A stretch of 64,000 bases of DNA from Minisyncoccota bacterium (GTDB taxonomy: Bacteria; Patescibacteriota; Minisyncoccia; Phycocordibacterales; UBA9973), in assembly GCA_041648595.1 (NCBI GenBank), contig JBAZOQ010000003.1, positions 1,042-65,041 on the forward strand. Reading direction: 5' to 3'. Numbering within the stretch: position 1 is the stretch's first letter; the number at the start of each line of letters is the position of its first letter. The translations under genes were made by a program, and so were the position numbers. This document shows, in pieces, positions 17,792-26,383 of this stretch. The notes beneath the pieces are model-generated. The model worked only from the letters and a program-made list of their open reading frames with translations. It was not told the DNA's origin and made no database searches.

Positions 17792-18811
17792 TTATTTCCA
17801 TCCCTGCCCAACTACTCGCATCGCGACTTGATCTTGCGGAATTTGAACGCCATTTTGTTGTGGAACCATAACTTGCTGACGACGAAATTCTATTTTTAAA
17901 TTAAATGCTTTTGAAAGTACATCACTTTCTACAAACGCCACTTTATAGTCTTTGATATTTTGGCTTGCATTAGCTCCAAGTTCGTTTTCAGGATTCCAAA
18001 TAGTATTTTGCAATTCCATTTCTTTTGCATATTCTGAGTATAAATCAGACATCAAATTTGAAAGTTCTAAATCGGCATCAACAACTGATTTAACACCAAG
18101 CTCTTCTTTTGCTTCTTTCCTGCCAATAAAATACATATGAGAATAAAGTTTTTCAGTAAAAAATTCTACAATTTTTTCAATTTCTTCTTCTTTTATTTTA
18201 TCTTTATGGCTCTTTAATAATCTTTTTGCCAATAACCGGATAAGATTATGAGTACGATTTACATTTCCCAAAGCAAGCGGATGAATTTGCGGATTGGCTT
18301 CCACAAATTTATTAAATATTTTAGTTAAGTCCTCATCGCTTTTTATCCCGAATTTATTTTTTGCTAAATCAAAATATGCGATAACATCTTCAACAGAAAT
18401 TGGAATTTTATTTTGCGGGTTAGTTGGGTCTGCTGGATTAAAAACATTTGCAGTTGAAGGGTCAATCGGAGAAATTTCCGACAAATCGCTCATTACAATT
18501 TCATCGGCACCCAAGGCGATCATGGTTCCAGCGCTGTGTGCCTTGTAAGGCACAAGTACAGAAAAAGTATCACAATATTCACGAATCATTGAAACCAAAC
18601 GCCATGGAACCATTGTGTCGCCCCCTGCGGTATAAAGAAAAAGGTCAATTTTAGTAGTTTTTCCAATTTTACGAAGTTGCTCGCTAATAATCGGAATTAT
18701 ATCCATAGCTACACGAGCATTAACTGGTCCTTGTCTGTCGCTTGTTATATAAGTAATGACTTTTGACCCTCTTTTTTCTTCAATTTTTTTGATTAGTTCT
18801 ATTTTTGACAT
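17792..18811 (-). CDS. ClpP-fold serine protease of the SDH (serine dehydrogenase proteinase)/S49-like family
   Basis: …LFLYTAGGDTMVPWRLVSMIR…AHSAGTMIALGADEIVMS… resembles ClpP/SppA crotonase-fold active-site region; 339 aa. Confidence 0.55.
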   Translation of the reverse strand: MSKIELIKKIEEKRGSKVITYITSDRQGPVNARVAMDIIPIISEQLRKIGKTTKIDLFLYTAGGDTMVPWRLVSMIREYCDTFSVLVPYKAHSAGTMIALGADEIVMSDLSEISPIDPSTANVFNPADPTNPQNKIPISVEDVIAYFDLAKNKFGIKSDEDLTKIFNKFVEANPQIHPLALGNVNRTHNLIRLLAKRLLKSHKDKIKEEEIEKIVEFFTEKLYSHMYFIGRKEAKEELGVKSVVDADLELSNLMSDLYSEYAKEMELQNTIWNPENELGANASQNIKDYKVAFVESDVLSKAFNLKIEFRRQQVMVPQQNGVQIPQDQVAMRVVGQGWK

Positions 18812-18851
18812 ATTTTAATTATAGCATATTTTTGATAAAAATTCATCTTTT

Positions 18852-18978
18852 TTATTTCAAAAGTTCACTACTAGAAATTCCCAATGCTTTAGAAATTTTT
18901 TCCAAAGTCGAAAGAGTTGGATTCATGCAACCATTTTCAATATTACTTATATAAAATCCTGTTTCTATTTTGTTCATA
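18852..18978 (-). CDS. Small XRE-like HTH ORF (41 aa) starting 1 nt after the fic stop
   Basis: Hand translation MNKIETGFYISNIENGCMNPTLSTLEKISKALGISSSELLK; below the ORF-track size cutoff. Confidence 0.35.
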
Positions 18979-19866
18979 TTATTTCTTTTTGTTTTCTACT
19001 CCAATTTTCCATACATCTTTTTCTAAAAAAGCTTCGATAGTTTGACGTTTTGCTTTATTTATTAAATTCGAATGAGAAAAACTATACTCTTTGGCATAGT
19101 CAGACAAATTTATAATTGTTTTATTTTCTAAATATGCAAGGCGTCTATGGTAACTGTTTGTAAGTGCCTTTGCGACAATAGTTTCCATAATTTTTGTACC
19201 GCCCTTCGTTTGAAATTCTTTAAAGGCATCGTAATACATTGCCCTATCAATAAATTTAATGTTTATGGATACATAGCCACTACGCATTAAAAGATAATTG
19301 TTCAAGACACGTCCAATACGACCATTCCCGTCACAAAATGGATGCACATATTCAAAACCTAAATGAAATTTAGCAATCCTCTTTATTATAGAATCTCTAG
19401 TATTTGAATTATATTCTGTCAGAACTTTTTGTAAACGATCAGTAACTTCTAATGGATTCGGTGCAACATAATCACCTACCCGCACCCATTCATTTTCTTT
19501 TCTAAATCTTCCGGCTATATCATCACGAATATTTAAAATAAGCATTTTATGCAGAGACAAAATAATATCAAAATTTAATTCACTTTCTTTTGACTTGTTT
19601 TCTATATATGCCACCACACGAGCAAGATTTTTAGCTTCAAAAATTTCTCTCTCTGATATATACCTGTCAAGTTCTATTTGAAGTAAAATCTTGTCAGTTT
19701 CTTCAAGTGAAAGAGTGCTATTTTCGATAGCATTTGAGTTGTACACCTGATCAGAAACTTCCGCTTCTGTAAGTATCTTCAAAAGAGACTCTTTACCAAC
19801 GATAGCCTTGTAGTATCTTTCCCGTAAATTTTGTATATTTTTGTATATTTTAAACGTATTTGCCAT
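18979..19866 (-). CDS. Fic/Doc family protein
   Basis: Canonical Fic motif HPFCDGNGRIGR. Confidence 0.85.
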   Translation of the reverse strand: MANTFKIYKNIQNLRERYYKAIVGKESLLKILTEAEVSDQVYNSNAIENSTLSLEETDKILLQIELDRYISEREIFEAKNLARVVAYIENKSKESELNFDIILSLHKMLILNIRDDIAGRFRKENEWVRVGDYVAPNPLEVTDRLQKVLTEYNSNTRDSIIKRIAKFHLGFEYVHPFCDGNGRIGRVLNNYLLMRSGYVSINIKFIDRAMYYDAFKEFQTKGGTKIMETIVAKALTNSYHRRLAYLENKTIINLSDYAKEYSFSHSNLINKAKRQTIEAFLEKDVWKIGVENKKK

Positions 19867-20040
19867 ATTTCTATTATACTTGTCTTAACGATAAAGTCAA
19901 CCAATATCGTTAAAATATAAGAAAAAACATTAGTTTTAACGATTTTGACCTACAATCCCAAAAAAAACTCTTCCCGCTGGCAGAATTTAAAATCTCGCCA
20001 AAAGACATAACTAAAATAGGTTCTAGCTGATTTTAATAAG

Positions 20041-20089
20041 GACTCTAGTGGAATAAATACAAAATATTTTGTGTTTATTCCTACTAGAG
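20041..20089. repeat. Repeat family F4 copy 2 (extended hairpin ctctagtgg-AATAAATACAAAATATTTTGTGTTTATT-cctactagag) at the 3' side of tRNA-Thr(GGU)
   Basis: Direct comparison with 10047-10083. Confidence 0.55.
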
Positions 20090-20160
20090 CCGTTAATTGG
20101 ATTTGCACCAATGACCTTCGTCTTACCAAGACGATGCTCTACTACCTGAGCTATAACGGC
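20088..20160 (-). tRNA. tRNA-Thr (anticodon GGU)
   Basis: Manual fold: acceptor GCCGTTA/TAACGGC, D arm GCTC-AGGTAGTA-GAGC, anticodon loop TTGGTAA, T arm ATTGG-TGCAAAT-CCAAT. Confidence 0.75.
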
Positions 20161-20313
20161 ATACCAAGTTATAATAATTTATCCCTACACCTTTTACAAG
20201 TGAAAGGTGTGGGGATTTATTTTTATCTATTTTGCAAAAAAATTTCAAATAAAAATGCCCAGAAATAACCTGGACATTTTTATTATTTACCTAAAGAAAA
20301 ATAATCTCAAAAT

Positions 20314-20766
20314 TTAATTAACTTTAATTCCCTTTTTCTCTTTATTAACAGTAGCAACTTTTGTGACTATTTTTACTTTTTGTGCAGTTAAAATATTTGT
20401 CGCTTTATCAAAAGTCCCAACTACAATTACCTTCTGACCAACAACTAAATCAGATGCAGTAACTATTTTTCCATTTTTATTATATATTGTTCCAACATCT
20501 GTTTTAACTTCTACAGAAGATGTCGTCTTAGCTTTTTTATTTTTCACATCCATTGTAAAACCTGTACTATTTACAGCAGACACGATTCCGACCCTATTAT
20601 GTTGTTTTTTTGATTCTATTTTTTTCTTATCTTTATTTTGTTTTTGATAGGTTTGCTGTACTTTTTTAATACCTAAATCTTGAGGTGAAAAAGCAAAAAC
20701 AGAAGAACCTCCAACTAATAATGACAATGCAAGTGCTCCAGTTACTATTCGTTTTTTATATTTCAT
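20314..20766 (-). CDS. Secreted hypothetical protein (signal peptide, Lys-rich)
   Basis: N-terminal MKYKKRIVTGALALSLLVGGSSVFA signal-like region. Confidence 0.4.
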   Translation of the reverse strand: MKYKKRIVTGALALSLLVGGSSVFAFSPQDLGIKKVQQTYQKQNKDKKKIESKKQHNRVGIVSAVNSTGFTMDVKNKKAKTTSSVEVKTDVGTIYNKNGKIVTASDLVVGQKVIVVGTFDKATNILTAQKVKIVTKVATVNKEKKGIKVN

Positions 20767-20871
20767 CCGCCTAAATTTTATACCAAACTTACTTATCTTT
20801 TAAAGATTATACAGTTGATATAATTGTTAATTAATTTATAATGTCTTCCCTGCCAAAAATTTTGGTGGATT
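20765..20871. repeat. Repeat family F2 copy 2
   Basis: ATCCGCCTAAATTTT…AAATTTTGGTGGATT ends shared with 7203-7272 and 63224-63306. Confidence 0.6.
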
Positions 20872-20950
20872 CATATATTCATTATAATACTAATCATAAA
20901 TGAAATCTTCATGAAGTCTAAATCCCCCTACCCCATGGGTAGGGGAGAAA

Positions 20951-22336
20951 CTAAATTTTATCCAACAAAACTATAAAACTAAAAACACCAAAAAATATAA
21001 AAATAATGGCTATAATAATCTTTCGTACTAAGGTAGGACGAAAAACTTTTGGCAAACTTCTATGATTAAGCCAAGAAACAAAAAACAAATGCACAAACAT
21101 CGCAAATGCATTAATAACAGCACCCAACACTATCAAGGTCTTCGGTTCATAAACATTAAACAAAAATAAAATTATACCAAAAGCAATTTGTGCCCAAACA
21201 AAAGAATAATATATTTTAGAAAGATTAATTTTGGCACTTTCCTTTCCATCTAATTTTCTAATAGCAAAATTTTCTGACATTATTCTAGAAGTCGAATCCA
21301 TCACCCCTAATTGTGTTTGAAATAACATAAGAGAGACCATTACTAAAAATAAAGTACCAACAAAAGGAAATACCATTCCACCAATTACAACACCTTCATT
21401 TATCACAAAATTAATTCCTTCAGTATTGCCAGCTAAACCATGAGTCGTGGCGTAAGATAAAAGCATAAGAAAGATCATCGAAATAGAACCTAAAAACCAA
21501 AACACAAAAGCGTGTTCAATACTTATCAATCTCCACCATTTTTTAAAACGATTTACATCCTCTACTGTAACAGCACAATCAGTTCCATCTAAAATAATTT
21601 CTTTCTCCTCTTTTTTTGAAAATAAACCAGCAATTTTCTGTGAATAAATTCCCATACCATAACCTTTTTCTTTTATATAAATAGACTGTGTTAAATTTAA
21701 ATTTCCACCAGCACCAGAATAAGCAAAAGCAGCGAGAAATGTGGCAATACTTATTCCTTTTGGTAAAAACCAAAAACCTTCCCCATTCCCTATCATTCCA
21801 TTAAACAATGCTGTCCAATCTGTTTTTGTGGCCAAAAAAACAGCCAATAAAAATATAAATGGAACCCCAATTGAAATAATAACTTTAGTCAGACGCTCCA
21901 TCATCCCATAAACTGTCTTACCCATACTTAAAATCAAACCAATAAATAACAAGAACAAAATAGCAATCCATTTAAAATTTTCTATACCAAGAACGCTAGC
22001 AAAAACTTTAGCAGAAGCAGCGATGATTCCAGGTAAACCAAAACCAATAAAAGTAGAAACAATAAACCAATAAACTGCTGGTTTAAATAATTTATAAATT
22101 CCTACAAAAACACTTTCTCCTTTCACTAAGGCATAACGTTCAATCTCCATATTCATAAAATACTGAAAAGTTATCCCCAGTATTGCTCCCCAGGCAATAC
22201 CTAAGCCATAATTAGCAGTCAAATATGGCCATAAAATAACTTCTCCTGAGCCGAGACCAAGAGCAAGAATAATAAAACTCGGACCAATAAGTTTCTTCAA
22301 GGATATAGGTTCCGGAAATTCTCTTAACTCTTTCAT
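20951..22336 (-). CDS. Nramp-related membrane transporter (divergent; lacks the canonical DPGN metal-site motif)
   Basis: 461 aa, ~11 TM; TM1–TM3 spacing resembles MntH (GPxxxxAxGxGxG…YGxxxxWxxLL…Q…); GSGEV where Nramps have DPGN. Confidence 0.45.
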   Translation of the reverse strand: MKELREFPEPISLKKLIGPSFIILALGLGSGEVILWPYLTANYGLGIAWGAILGITFQYFMNMEIERYALVKGESVFVGIYKLFKPAVYWFIVSTFIGFGLPGIIAASAKVFASVLGIENFKWIAILFLLFIGLILSMGKTVYGMMERLTKVIISIGVPFIFLLAVFLATKTDWTALFNGMIGNGEGFWFLPKGISIATFLAAFAYSGAGGNLNLTQSIYIKEKGYGMGIYSQKIAGLFSKKEEKEIILDGTDCAVTVEDVNRFKKWWRLISIEHAFVFWFLGSISMIFLMLLSYATTHGLAGNTEGINFVINEGVVIGGMVFPFVGTLFLVMVSLMLFQTQLGVMDSTSRIMSENFAIRKLDGKESAKINLSKIYYSFVWAQIAFGIILFLFNVYEPKTLIVLGAVINAFAMFVHLFFVSWLNHRSLPKVFRPTLVRKIIIAIIFIFFGVFSFIVLLDKI

Positions 22337-22410
22337 ATTTTAATAATACCATAATTTTGGTGTCTGACAGAATCCAAAAGAGCCTTATGAAATAAAGCTA
22401 AAATATCGAT

Positions 22411-22475
22411 GCGCGGACTAGTGGACGAAGTGGGAACTGCAATTCGTAATCATAATGGTTATATTCATATACCAA
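22411..22475. repeat. Repeat family F3 copy A (GCGCGGACTAGTGGACG-AAGTGGGAACTGC…CATAATGGTTATATTCATACC) in the 5' region of the Nramp-like gene
   Basis: Copies at 24773-24858 and 25689-25752. Confidence 0.55.
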
Positions 22476-22570
22476 ATCTTAATAAAGCAATAGTGTAGTA
22501 ATGGTTTGATTTAGTATTATCGAAAAAAACAGACCATCATTTCTGACGGTCTGTTTTGAAACTATTTTAT

Positions 22571-23398
22571 CTAGTTTCCACTCCCACTATTGTCATCGTC
22601 GTCGCCATCTTCGTCTTCGTCTTCGTCATCTTCCCCATCGTTATCATCATCCTCGTCTTCGTCGTCGTCTTCCCCATCATTGTCGTCATCGTCATCACTA
22701 TCATTATCCTTTCCGTCATCGTCAGTATCGTGAGGTCGTAAATCACTTCTGTCTTCTTTACCATCATTATCATCGTCATGATCGCGTGTATCTCTTATGC
22801 CATCATTGTCAAAATCATCATCATGGTCATCAGTAACATCAGGAATGCCGTCTCCGTCATCATCAGTATCAGTAACATCAGGAATGCCGTCATTGTCATG
22901 ATCTTTTGATTTACCTAATTCATTCACATCTAAAATACCATCATTATCATCATCAGCATCCTCAACATCTAAAATACCATCATGATCAAAATCTACTGCT
23001 GCTTGAACTCCTTTTTGTCTCCACTCACGCACTATACTTGCATTAATAACAAAAGCCCCGTCTGAAGAAATTGAACCCAACACTCCCACAAAATCTCCAT
23101 CTTGCAAATCAGCAATAACACCACCCACACTCATCAATTTTGTTGTTATAGATATTTTTATCTCCCAACTACCTCCCCAACTTTTTACCTTTATTGAATC
23201 AGTACCTGGAGTTCCGACAACGATACCCCGCATAAGCACATTACCCTTAGGGCCAATGTTTACAATCATCGGACTTGCATTCCCAGATGAAAGTGACCCT
23301 GGGCCGGAGTTAATAGATTGCGCAAATACCTCCATCCCCACAAATCCCAAAACAATAAAAATCGAAGCTGTCAAACCAAACTTTAAATATTTTTTCAT
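22571..23398 (-). CDS. Secreted acidic protein with thrombospondin type-3-like Ca-binding Asp repeats
   Basis: Signal peptide; repeated DxDxDGIxDxxD units (DTDDDGDGIPDVTDD…), poly-D/E C-terminus. Confidence 0.5.
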   Translation of the reverse strand: MKKYLKFGLTASIFIVLGFVGMEVFAQSINSGPGSLSSGNASPMIVNIGPKGNVLMRGIVVGTPGTDSIKVKSWGGSWEIKISITTKLMSVGGVIADLQDGDFVGVLGSISSDGAFVINASIVREWRQKGVQAAVDFDHDGILDVEDADDDNDGILDVNELGKSKDHDNDGIPDVTDTDDDGDGIPDVTDDHDDDFDNDGIRDTRDHDDDNDGKEDRSDLRPHDTDDDGKDNDSDDDDDNDGEDDDEDEDDDNDGEDDEDEDEDGDDDDNSGSGN

Positions 23399-23509
23399 AA
23401 TTTTATAATTAAACTAATAATACTTACTAACAAACACATTAATAATAATCTCATTCATGACACACAACCTACTTAAAGTATATCACAGTTTAAATCCAAT
23501 ACACCCGTA

Positions 23510-24584
23510 TGTACAGTTAACCATATGGGGTGACACTTAAGGTAGAATTGGGGTGACAAAGGTTAATCATCTTTAATCATCTTAATTTAAAAGGCGAAAG
23601 CTTAAAAACATTATATGGCAAACAAGAATCAAGGTGCATCGTATCCAAGCAAAGTAAGAGCAAAATGGTATTTCTTGGTAGAGAAAGCAGGTAAAAGCAT
23701 CAATGAAGTTTGTAGAATGTATATGATATCAAGAAAAACATATTACAAATGGAGAAAGAAAGATTTAGGAGATAGAATATATATTCCTAGGAAAGAACAT
23801 CCACAAACTAAAATTAAAGGAGAAGTAAAGATATTCATTTGCGAAGAAAAATTAAGAATTAATTATGGTCCAAGAAAAATGAAATTACTTGTTAAAAGAA
23901 GATTTGATTTAGATATTTCAACTACTATCATTTACAAACTCTACAAAAAGAAGGGATTAATCAGAAGACCACAAAAGAAACTTCCTTGGTATAAACCAAT
24001 TAAAGAAGCTGTAATACCTAAAGTTCCAGGTGATGTTGTGCAAATGGATGCTAAATATATCTGGGAGGACAATACACGCAAATATCAAAGAACATTCATT
24101 GATATTTATACAGGATTTCAATTTGCAACAGTAACTAGCACCATGACAGCTGAAGATACAATTAACGCGTTTCTTGAAGCAGAAGTTAATTTCCAATTTA
24201 AAATTCTTGGAATCCAAACAGATAATGGAAGTGAGAATCGAGGAGAATTTCATCAATATATTGGCAGGTGTGGAATTGCTCATTACTTCATACCAAAATC
24301 TTCACCACAGTGGGATGGAGCAGTAGAGAGAGCACACGGAGTAATTGATCAAGAGTATTATCTTAATCCGACACGAACATGGAAAAGTTTAGAAGAATAT
24401 TTACACTTTTATAATTATGAAAGAATCCATTTAGGAAAATATTTAAATGGTATGATACCGGTCGAGAAACTTAATTATTATTTATCCACAGTGTCACCCT
24501 TGAAGGTTAACTAAACATTAAAGATGATTAACCTTTGTCACCCCAATTCTACCTTAAGTGTCACCCCATATGGTTAACTGTACA
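23510..24584 (+). mobile_element. Insertion sequence (IS481-like), ~1.07 kb, with 58-bp perfect (≈67-bp near-perfect) terminal inverted repeats
   Basis: IRL 23511-23568 is the exact reverse complement of IRR 24526-24583, each with two GGGGTGACA subrepeats; single DDE transposase inside. Confidence 0.8.
23615..24514 (+). CDS. DDE transposase (rve/integrase core with N-terminal HTH; IS481-family-like)
   Basis: D (VQMD), D (TDNGSEN) and E (ERAHG) catalytic-triad context. Confidence 0.8.
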   Translation: MANKNQGASYPSKVRAKWYFLVEKAGKSINEVCRMYMISRKTYYKWRKKDLGDRIYIPRKEHPQTKIKGEVKIFICEEKLRINYGPRKMKLLVKRRFDLDISTTIIYKLYKKKGLIRRPQKKLPWYKPIKEAVIPKVPGDVVQMDAKYIWEDNTRKYQRTFIDIYTGFQFATVTSTMTAEDTINAFLEAEVNFQFKILGIQTDNGSENRGEFHQYIGRCGIAHYFIPKSSPQWDGAVERAHGVIDQEYYLNPTRTWKSLEEYLHFYNYERIHLGKYLNGMIPVEKLNYYLSTVSPLKVN

Positions 24585-24772
24585 ACATATTGTGCGTTTT
24601 CTAAAACATATTTTGTAGTATTTAATATATTAAGAGGGTCTTCTTTCAATATTTCTAACTTCATAATTTTATTATATCAGTTCCACCGTCCAATAAGCCA
24701 GCAAAAAAAACCTCTTCGGTGGGAACTAAAAAGCCCTTATACAGTAACAATATTTTGGTAAAATTTTGCTTA

Positions 24773-24858
24773 GCGCGACTTAGTGGACGCCTGTCCGTCC
24801 TTTGGCGGGAAGTGGGAACTGCTATACGAGAGCATAATGGGTATATATTCATACCAAA
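24773..24858. repeat. Repeat family F3 copy B (carries a 20-nt hairpin insertion cctgtccgtcctttggcggg)
   Basis: Alignment to copies A and C. Confidence 0.5.
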
Positions 24859-24864
24859 ATTAAC

Positions 24865-25614
24865 TTAATTCTTTTGTAATAAAATTTTTAATGATTGAAA
24901 ATTTTTATTCTTCGCTATAATTTGTTCAATATACTTTCCATTTTTCCAATAAACTTTATACGCGTTAGCAGTATTTTTAGAACTAATAATACGGTAATTT
25001 TTATCAACGACTTCAATTGAACAACAATTATCTACCGCAATTGCTATACCTGGCGTCTTTTTCATTAACTTTCTCAAATCAAATTTTCTGTCTTCTTCGA
25101 TATCATAATGAGGACAATACAAAGCATTAACAAAACCAAGACCGCTTACTCGTATTAAATCAGCTTTCGGATTATGAAATCTTCTAGAATCAGAACTACC
25201 GTATTTGAACCAACATATTGCACCAGCACTTACACCAGAAAATACTACGTTTTTATCTACCACTTTTTTGAGAATCTTGTCTAAACCTTCCTTTTTCCAG
25301 GCATTTATCATTTTAAGAGTATTTCCCCCACCAACATAAATAATATCTGAATTAAAAACCTTTTTTTCTATCTCCTTTTTAGATATTTTTTTATCAAGCA
25401 ATAGAAGAGTTTCAACTTGGCAATTAAGTTTTTTACCAAAATATTTTTTCACAACATTTATATAACCTTCTGAATCAGAACTTGCGGTTGGAATAAAAAG
25501 AACTCTAGGTTTTATTTTTCCAGATAAACTAATAGTTTCTTTATCAATTTTAACTGTTTCAATTTTAAATCCTGGTCTTCCAATCTCACCTCCTCCAATT
25601 GCTACTATTTTCAT
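24865..25614 (-). CDS. Peptidase S51 family (dipeptidase E / cyanophycinase-like)
   Basis: GGGNT…SGVSAGAICW nucleophile-elbow region typical of PepE-like class I glutamine-amidotransferase-fold peptidases. Confidence 0.6.
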   Translation of the reverse strand: MKIVAIGGGEIGRPGFKIETVKIDKETISLSGKIKPRVLFIPTASSDSEGYINVVKKYFGKKLNCQVETLLLLDKKISKKEIEKKVFNSDIIYVGGGNTLKMINAWKKEGLDKILKKVVDKNVVFSGVSAGAICWFKYGSSDSRRFHNPKADLIRVSGLGFVNALYCPHYDIEEDRKFDLRKLMKKTPGIAIAVDNCCSIEVVDKNYRIISSKNTANAYKVYWKNGKYIEQIIAKNKNFQSLKILLQKN

Positions 25615-25688
25615 ATTTTTATTATATCAGTTCTTCGTCCAATACACCTGTAGCAAAAAAGAACCATATTTCTATGGCTCTTTTTCAA

Positions 25689-25752
25689 TGCGCGGCTTAG
25701 TGAACAACGTTAGAACCGACATAAAGAATCATAAGGGCTATGTATATATACC
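25689..25752. repeat. Repeat family F3 copy C (more diverged)
   Basis: GCGCGGCTTAGTGAACAACG…CATAAGGGCTATGTATAT. Confidence 0.45.
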
Positions 25753-26059
25753 TGACTTGAGGTCGTATAAAGGAACTGAAGTAAAACGGATCGAAAACAT
25801 TGTAGATTCTGAAATCCTTAATCCCCTTTCAATGATACCAGAATTCGGAGAATCTAAAAAGTAACGTGCTTTTACCCTACACCCCTATGACACTATATCT
25901 CTGCAAAAATACCGCCAGCCATGCACAATTAGAGACGAACTCGGATTATTCCGACCCCCTTGTCATATGGGGATACAGCTACAAAAATACCCCATCTTAT
26001 GTATAGAGTCTGCTACTCGACATTAATCACTAAAATACCCCTATTTATAATGGTTTTAG

Positions 26060-26356
26060 CTATAAAGTAAGGTTAAATAATGCAATTATGCTTCCTATAA
26101 AAGCAATAGAAGAGATAAGAACTAAAAGATAAGCTAAAAAGGTAGTAATGGTTAACGGATGGAAAATAAAAAATTTCTTTTGATCAACTACAGATGTTTT
26201 TTTAATATACCTAATGCCTAGATAAACCGAACATAGAAAGAAGAATATATACGTAGTTATCCATGTAGTTGTGGTAAAAAAGAAAGGGAAAATCCCAGGG
26301 TTAAGTATTAATGCGCCTCCTGCAATAAAGAATATAGCTGAGAAGATTAAATTCAT
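26060..26356 (-). CDS. Small hypothetical membrane protein
   Basis: 98 aa, three hydrophobic helices. Confidence 0.3.
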   Translation of the reverse strand: MNLIFSAIFFIAGGALILNPGIFPFFFTTTTWITTYIFFFLCSVYLGIRYIKKTSVVDQKKFFIFHPLTITTFLAYLLVLISSIAFIGSIIALFNLTL

Positions 26357-26383
26357 TTTGTTATTTTAATTGTTCATGTGTTT

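Noticed and set aside
22556-22779. Two overlapping opposite-strand ORFs encoding V/I-rich and M/T-rich peptides
   Set aside because: Artefacts of the repetitive GAT/GAC-rich DNA that encodes the Asp repeats of 22571..23398.
25615-26059. RNase P RNA / SRP RNA in the ORF-free region
   Set aside because: Could not find P4 (GGAAAGTCC…) or SRP domain IV (…GGAAGGAAGCAGC) signatures on either strand; left as an unassigned candidate.
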